Origin: an uncultured Acidobacteriota bacterium
Lineage (GTDB): Bacteria > Acidobacteriota > Thermoanaerobaculia > UBA5066 > Gp7-AA6
Length of the DNA: 64,000 nucleotides
Direction: 5' to 3'
Assembly: GCA_963765835.1 (NCBI GenBank)
Contig: CAVXYF010000016.1
Location: forward strand, 8,050 to 72,049
The notes under the pieces were generated by a model. It worked only from the letters and a program-made list of their open reading frames with translations, had not been told where the DNA came from and did no database searches. This document shows, piece after piece, positions 58,979 to 64,000 of the stretch. Made by a program: the position numbers and the translations under genes. Position 1 is the first letter of the stretch. Each line of letters opens with the position of its first letter.

Positions 58979-59478
58979 GCGAAGCATTTCCGGAGCTTCT
59001 TCAGGCAGCGGCTGATCGTCTTGGCCACACTCGAGTATTGCAGGGAGACGACCCGGGCGGCCTCGCGCAAACTGTGCCCCTCGATGTAATAAGCGGCCAG
59101 GAGTCGTCGGCACGAGGCGGAAATCTCGTCCAGCGCCTCACGGAGTGCGAACTGGCGATCGACACCCTCGGGCAGGCACGGGTCGCACGCCTCCGCGTCC
59201 TCCGACCCACCCGGGAACACCTGACGGCGGAGCCGGGCGCGCTGGACGAATCGCGCGCAACGCGCCCGAAAGACCGCAAACACGAAGCCGTCCGGACTCC
59301 GGACGTAGCCGCGGTGGCGGAGAAGCTCCAACGCGGTCTCCTGCAGGAGATCCTGGGCGTCGTCCGATCCGATGCCGAATCGGGAGCGCGCGAAGGCGAA
59401 GAGCTTATTTCGACGGACTCCGTCCAGAAGGATCGCCTCGGCGATCTGCCGGGTGGGCGGCGGCGCATCTGCACCCAT
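58975..59478 (-). CDS. ECF-type RNA polymerase sigma-70 factor (about 167 aa)
   Basis: MGADAPPPTRQIAEAILLDGVRRNKLFAFARSRFGIGSDDAQDLLQETALELLRH... (region 2) and ...CRRLLAAYYIEGHSLREAARVVSLQYSSVAKTISRCLKKLRKC (region 4 HTH). Confidence 0.8.
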   Translation of the reverse strand: MGADAPPPTRQIAEAILLDGVRRNKLFAFARSRFGIGSDDAQDLLQETALELLRHRGYVRSPDGFVFAVFRARCARFVQRARLRRQVFPGGSEDAEACDPCLPEGVDRQFALREALDEISASCRRLLAAYYIEGHSLREAARVVSLQYSSVAKTISRCLKKLRKCFA

Positions 59479-59679
59479 TTTTTTTGAAAGGCCCCTGGGA
59501 GTCGGTGAGCGGAGTCTAGCGTAGGAGAGAGCGTCGGCGGGCAGCCGGAATCGAGTCGTGAATGGCCAATTCTGGTGAAGCGTGGAGCGAGGTCTCCACG
59601 CTCGACGGGCGAGCTCGACCGCAACGTGACACGCGGAGAATGCTGTCGCCGCGGGCGGTTTTCCGGGGCTTGACTCCCA

Positions 59680-59701
59680 TACCAACCAGTTGGTATGGTC
59701 C
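59680..59701. promoter_or_regulatory. Near-perfect 22-bp palindrome, likely TetR operator
   Basis: CCATACCAACcaGTTGGTATGG (10-bp arms) lies about 30 bp upstream of the TetR start, in the divergent region shared with the ECF sigma gene. Confidence 0.55.
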
Positions 59702-59730
59702 CGGGGTGATTCAGAAAAGCCAGCCAGTCC

Positions 59731-60347
59731 CGGTGGTGCCGACCGCGCCCCATCACGGATCCAAGGTCCGATTCTTGGACGCGGCGATGCACGTCATTCG
59801 CGCGCAGGGGTACTCCCGGACCACCATCGACGACGTCTGCGAGGCCGCGGGCCTGACCAAGGGCAGCTTCTTCCACCACTTCGACAGCAAGGAAGCTCTC
59901 GCGCTCGCGGCGGCCGATCACTTCGCGGCGATGGCCGATCGCGCGTTCGCGGCGGCGCCCTACCAGAGGATCGTGGACCCGCTCGATCGGCTCCTCGCCT
60001 ACGTGGATTTCCGTGGCTCCATCCTCCAGGGCGCTCTGCCGGATTACACGTGCCTCCTCGGGACGATGGTCCAGGAGGTCTACGAAACGCACCCGGCGAT
60101 CCGCGCCGCGTGCGAGAGGCACATCAGCGCGCACGCCGCGGCGGTCGCGCGCGACGTCGCGCAAGCCAAGAAGCGATACGCCCCGAGGAGGCGATGGTCC
60201 CCGGAGAGCCTCGCTCTCTTCACCCAGGCCGTGATCCAGGGCGCCTTCGTGCTCGCCAAGGCGAAGCACGGGCCCGAGGTCGCCGCCGAGTGCCTGCGTC
60301 ACCTGCGCCGCTATCTGGAAACCCAGTTCGACCGAAACCGAAACTAA
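59731..60347 (+). CDS. TetR/AcrR family transcriptional regulator (GTG start assumed)
   Basis: ...SKVRFLDAAMHVIRAQGYSRTTIDDVCEAAGLTKGSFFHHFDSKEAL... is a canonical TetR HTH. The ORF is intact to 60347. Confidence 0.75.
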
Positions 60348-60360
60348 AGGAGGATCGAGA

Positions 60361-60867
60361 ATGACCACAATCACCGAAACTCGGACCCAGACCGCGAAGA
60401 TCGTTCCCCACCTCTGGTTCACCGACAAGGCCATCGAGGCCGCCAACTTCTATACGGCGCTCTTTCCCGACTCGCGCGTCGAGGACGTGACCGGCTCCCC
60501 GGCCGATTCGCCGGGTGGCGCCGCCGGCTCGGTCCAGATCGTCGAGTTCACCCTCGCCGGCCAGCCGTTCATGGCGATGAACGCGGGTCCGCTCGACCCG
60601 TTCAACCACGCGATCTCGTTCATCGTGAACTGCGACGACCAGGCCGAGGTGGACCGGCTGTGGGACGCGCTGGGAGAGGGAGGCACGATCGAGCAGTGCG
60701 GCTGGTTGAAGGACCGCTTCGGCGTCTCCTGGCAGATCGTGCCGACCGTGCTCGGCGAAATGATGAAGGACAAGGACCGCGCGCGCGCCAAGCGCGTCAT
60801 GGAGGCGATGCTCCAGATGAAGAAGCTCGACATTGCGGGCCTGGAAAGGGCGTACGCCGGACGATAG
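60361..60867 (+). CDS. VOC superfamily protein, PhnB/3-demethylubiquinone-9 methyltransferase-domain-like
   Basis: MTTITETRTQTAKIVPHLWFTDKAIEAANFYTALFPDSRVEDV...QCGWLKDRFGVSWQIVP... is the typical PhnB-like sequence. It sits 13 nt after TetR. Confidence 0.7.
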   Translation: MTTITETRTQTAKIVPHLWFTDKAIEAANFYTALFPDSRVEDVTGSPADSPGGAAGSVQIVEFTLAGQPFMAMNAGPLDPFNHAISFIVNCDDQAEVDRLWDALGEGGTIEQCGWLKDRFGVSWQIVPTVLGEMMKDKDRARAKRVMEAMLQMKKLDIAGLERAYAGR

Positions 60868-60902
60868 GAATCCCAGGTTTCCAACCCGAAAGGAGTCCAA
60901 GT

Positions 60903-61712
60903 ATGGCTACGGAAGAGACGAGAAAAGTGGATCGAAAGCCGCTTCCCGGGAAGTTCGTGTGGTTCGAGCACGTGTCCCGCGACGCGAAGAAGGCTCAGAA
61001 GTTCTACGACGAGGTGCTCGGGTGGAAAGTCGAGCCGTTCGGCGACTCGGACTACGACATGATCCTCGCCGGCGACACGCCCGACACGATGATCGGCGGC
61101 TACACCGAGCCGACCGGCCGGCAGGAGCCGCACTGGATCTCGTACGTGTCGGTCGAGGATGTCGACCGGGCCGCGAAGGCCGCCGCCGCCAACGGCGGGA
61201 AGGTGATCCAGGCGCCGCACGACCTTCCGGGCGTCGGCCGCGCCGCCCGCATCGCGGACCCGCAGGGGGCGGAGCTCTTCGTTTTCAAGAACGACGCGGG
61301 AGATCCCGCGGACCCGCCCGCGACCGAGGCGCCGCCGGAGCGCCGCTTCTTCTGGAACGAGCTCCACACCACCGACCCCGAGAAAGCCGTGGCGTTCTAC
61401 GAGAAGGTGTTCGGGTTCACGCGCCAGACGATGGACATGGGTCCCGCCGGCAACTACTACATCCTGGCGAGGGACGGCGTCAGCCGCGCCGGAGTGACGG
61501 GGCATCTGCCGGCCGGAACGCCGCCGCACTGGCTTCCCTACGTCGAGGTTAGCGACCCCGACGCGACGATCGCGCGCGCGAAGAAGCTCGGCGCGAAGAT
61601 CCCGATGCAGCCGGAGGACATCCCGGGAGTCGGACGGTTCGGCATCTTCGAGGATCCGACCGGGGCGGTGCTCGCGGTCATGAAGGCCCAGCCGCGGGCC
61701 GCGGGGAACTAG
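60903..61712 (+). CDS. VOC family protein with two glyoxalase-like domains
   Basis: Two repeated halves: ...KFVWFEHVSRDAKKAQKFYDEVLGWKV... and ...RFFWNELHTTDPEKAVAFYEKVFGFT.... Confidence 0.65.
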   Translation: MATEETRKVDRKPLPGKFVWFEHVSRDAKKAQKFYDEVLGWKVEPFGDSDYDMILAGDTPDTMIGGYTEPTGRQEPHWISYVSVEDVDRAAKAAAANGGKVIQAPHDLPGVGRAARIADPQGAELFVFKNDAGDPADPPATEAPPERRFFWNELHTTDPEKAVAFYEKVFGFTRQTMDMGPAGNYYILARDGVSRAGVTGHLPAGTPPHWLPYVEVSDPDATIARAKKLGAKIPMQPEDIPGVGRFGIFEDPTGAVLAVMKAQPRAAGN

Positions 61713-61727
61713 GGACCCGACAGGACT

Positions 61728-61808
61728 GGGGACAGATTTGTTTTTTCGGAAGCTTGGGTGATTCAACGAATCTTCGAAAAATAAATCTGTCCCCTTCCCC
61801 CCTTTTTT
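61728..61808. terminator. Long bidirectional terminator hairpin (about 20-bp arms) + T-run
   Basis: GGGGACAGATTTGTTTTTTCG ...26 nt... CGAAAAATAAATCTGTCCCC ttcccccctttttt, between the convergent VOC (+) and DUF2277 (-) genes. Confidence 0.65.
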
Positions 61809-61821
61809 CCGGAGTTGAGAC

Positions 61822-62124
61822 CTACGGAATCGGATCGATCGGCGTGCGCCTGGGCTCCTTGCCGAATCGCACCCGCGATTTCTCGATCATCTTCCGAATC
61901 TCCACGTCGCGATCCTTCGGCGGCGCGCCGGTGACCCATCCCCGAATCAGCCGCTCCGCGGCCGCGGTCACCTCCTCCACGGCGCGCTGAAACAGCTCCT
62001 CGTTCGCTTTGGAAGGCTTGTTGGCGCCGGAGAGCTTGCGCACGAACTGAAGGGAGGAGGCCCGGATCTCGGCCTCGGTCGCCGGCGGTGCGAAATTGGC
62101 GAGCGTACGGATATTGCGGCACAT
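61822..62124 (-). CDS. DUF2277 domain protein (100 aa)
   Basis: MCRNIRTLANFAPPATEAEIRASSLQFVRKLSGANKPSKANEELFQRAVEEVTAAAERLI..., intact. Confidence 0.6.
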   Translation of the reverse strand: MCRNIRTLANFAPPATEAEIRASSLQFVRKLSGANKPSKANEELFQRAVEEVTAAAERLIRGWVTGAPPKDRDVEIRKMIEKSRVRFGKEPRRTPIDPIP

Positions 62125-62150
62125 GGGGACACTCTAACCGGATGGCATGG

Positions 62151-64000
62151 CTACCGCTTTATCGCCGGAATGATCTCCTGCGCCACGATCTCGTCGCGGA
62201 AGCGGCCCCAGATGTTGCCCAGCCTGTAGTTCCCGGCGGTGAAGACGACCACGAGCTCGAGCTCCGGGATCACCATCAGGATCTGGCCGCCGTTTCCGTT
62301 CGCCTCGTACTCGCGATACGTCCTTTCCCCGGACTTCAACTGGTTCGGGTGCCAGGCCCAGGAGTCCTCGCCTTCGCCGTGCTGCTCCCCGAACGCCTCC
62401 TCGCTCAAGCCGGTCGTCTCGGGCGAGATCTTCACGTGCGGCCGGGTCGACCGCTCGACCCACGAGGCGTCCACGATCCTCCGGCCCCGCCAGGTGCCGC
62501 CGTCCAGATACGCCTGGCCGACCTTGAGCAGGTCTCTCGACTTGAGGAACGCGCCGCCGCCCAGGTATCCCTCGCCGGTCGGCATCAGGTACCAGTAGTA
62601 GCGGCCGAAGTCGAGCGGGCGCGCCACCCACTGGTCGAAGAGCTCCGGCAGAGAGGTCTTCGTCGCCGTCTTCAGCACGGCGCCCACGAGGTTCGAGTTC
62701 GCCGAGCAGTACGCGTAGCGGACGCCCGGCTCGTGCGCCTGCGGCAGATCGAGCGTGTACTTCCACCAGTCGGGCTGGGCAGTCTGCGAGCTCATCGTCT
62801 CCTCGTTTCCGGGCGACGCCTCGTCGTTGTCGTCGCAGGCCAGCCCCGAGGTGTGCGTCATGAGGTGCGCCACGGTCAGGCGCGCCTTGCGCGGGTCGGG
62901 GTTTGCGAAGGGTCCCATGCCGGCGAGCGCGTCGTACACCGGCGTCTCGGGCCCGACCTTCGCCCCCCGCCTCATCGCCGCGCCCAGGAGGACCGACCCG
63001 AACGTCTTGGCCACCGACCGGGTGTCGTGGAGACGCTCGCGGTCGAAGCCGAAGAAGTATTCCTCGAGGACGAGCTTGCCCCGCCGCGCGACGAGGATCG
63101 AGTGGATGAGCTGCGGCAGCTGGATTGAGGGGTCGGCGGTGGCGAGGCGCTGCACGAGCTTGGCGAGCGTGGCCTCGTCCATGCCGGCGTCGCGGGCGCG
63201 CGCCGTCGACCACCCGTCGGCGAGCGGCGGGGGCTTCCCGTAGACGTACGGCCGAGCGCCGGGAGGGCGCGGGAAGAAGGCGGCGGCCTGCGCGGGCGTT
63301 GCGCGCGAGAGCTCCACGGTGCGCTGGGAGTTTCGCCAGGGAATTCGGATGCGATCCGGCGACCGGAGGACGGTCCCGACGTGGCGGAGCACCGGGTTCG
63401 CCGGATCGGGGCCGGCGTTGAACTCGACCGTCTCGGAGTCGGCTGCGCGAACGACGCGGTACAGCGTCGTCCCGCCGATGTCGCCCCGCTCCGGGTTCCG
63501 GAAGGCGGCGAGAATCCTTCCCGAGGGCTCGCGGAAGATCTTGAGGTACAGCGTGAACGCCTCCTCGAGGGGCACGACGGTCCCGCGCCAGGCGTTCCCT
63601 TTCGCGCCTCCCGCCGGTTTCAGAACGATAGGCGAGGCGAAGGAGTAGCCGAATCCGCCGGGCGGCTGGATCCAGACCCCGGTGACCGCGCCGTCCTGAA
63701 GCGTCCCGCGGAAGCCGCCGCCGTCGCCGGCAAAGGCGAAGCGGACCTGGTTGCCGTCGCGTGGGAAGGTCGCGCGGGCGTCGCCGAGGGTCGCTCGCCA
63801 GGTCGACGCGCCGCGCGTCAGCGTGAGCTCCCCCCGCGGGGACGGGGGGGCGACGTCCGGGCGAACCAGAGACCGACGAGCGGGTCTGCTCCGGTCGGCG
63901 CGGTCGCAGCCGGCGGCGTCTGGGCGGACGGCGTCAGCCCGATCAGGACGACCACGACGATCGGGATTGCGGAGCTCGCCACCGGAAAGGATTAGACGGT
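62151..64000 (-). CDS. Serine hydrolase, beta-lactamase family (SxxK = SVAKT) with N-terminal extension; 5' end beyond window
   Basis: The manual translation is continuous from the window end (...IGLTPSAQTPPAATAPTGADPLVGLWFARTS...GTVVPLEEAFTLYLKIF...) through ...HDTRSVAKTFGSVLLGAAM... to ...VAQEIIPAIKR*. No frameshift over about 1.85 kb. Confidence 0.7.
   Translation of the reverse strand, partial: RLILSGGELRNPDRRGRPDRADAVRPDAAGCDRADRSRPARRSLVRPDVAPPSPRGELTLTRGASTWRATLGDARATFPRDGNQVRFAFAGDGGGFRGTLQDGAVTGVWIQPPGGFGYSFASPIVLKPAGGAKGNAWRGTVVPLEEAFTLYLKIFREPSGRILAAFRNPERGDIGGTTLYRVVRAADSETVEFNAGPDPANPVLRHVGTVLRSPDRIRIPWRNSQRTVELSRATPAQAAAFFPRPPGARPYVYGKPPPLADGWSTARARDAGMDEATLAKLVQRLATADPSIQLPQLIHSILVARRGKLVLEEYFFGFDRERLHDTRSVAKTFGSVLLGAAMRRGAKVGPETPVYDALAGMGPFANPDPRKARLTVAHLMTHTSGLACDDNDEASPGNEETMSSQTAQPDWWKYTLDLPQAHEPGVRYAYCSANSNLVGAVLKTATKTSLPELFDQWVARPLDFGRYYWYLMPTGEGYLGGGAFLKSRDLLKVGQAYLDGGTWRGRRIVDASWVERSTRPHVKISPETTGLSEEAFGEQHGEGEDSWAWHPNQLKSGERTYREYEANGNGGQILMVIPELELVVVFTAGNYRLGNIWGRFRDEIVAQEIIPAIKR

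Overview
High-GC (about 65-70%) bacterial DNA with two distinct parts. Positions 1-47.7 kb look like an alphaproteobacterial (Rhizobiales-like) chromosomal segment with housekeeping synteny: dnaG-rpoD, carA and carB separated by about 4.8 kb, greA, trxB, fadD, an EF-G paralog, an aspartate aminotransferase, TctC, and a PQQ sugar dehydrogenase. It also holds two tandem paralogous giant repeat/cadherin/RTX T1SS-substrate genes and a CAP-domain/RTX fusion. Nearly every gene longer than about 600 bp in this part has 1-4 frameshifts. Essential genes (rpoD, dnaG, carB) are affected and at least one shift sits in a homopolymer, so I read these as sequencing indels, not pseudogenes. From about 47.8 kb to the end the genes are intact (ORFs of 574, 799, 705, 509 and more than 600 aa without frameshifts) and the content changes. 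There is a co-directional minus-strand cluster headed by an ECF sigma / zinc-finger anti-sigma pair, then a 4x21-bp tandem repeat, then secreted/degradative genes: a secreted hypothetical protein, a metzincin, a trypsin-like protease fused to a DNA/RNA non-specific endonuclease, a membrane-anchored GMC oxidoreductase translationally coupled to a small membrane protein, a small secreted protein and a neutral ceramidase. Beyond this there is a TetR-VOC-VOC operon and a large beta-lactamase-family hydrolase. The most interesting candidates for an undescribed system are the ECF-controlled secreted-enzyme locus with its tandem-repeat regulatory region, and the cytoplasmic protease-nuclease fusion inside it. 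No rRNA, tRNA, CRISPR, integrase or transposase could be recognised by eye. Coordinates are from manual indexing plus the ORF track, so expect +/-3 nt uncertainty. Frameshifted genes are given as single CDS spans.
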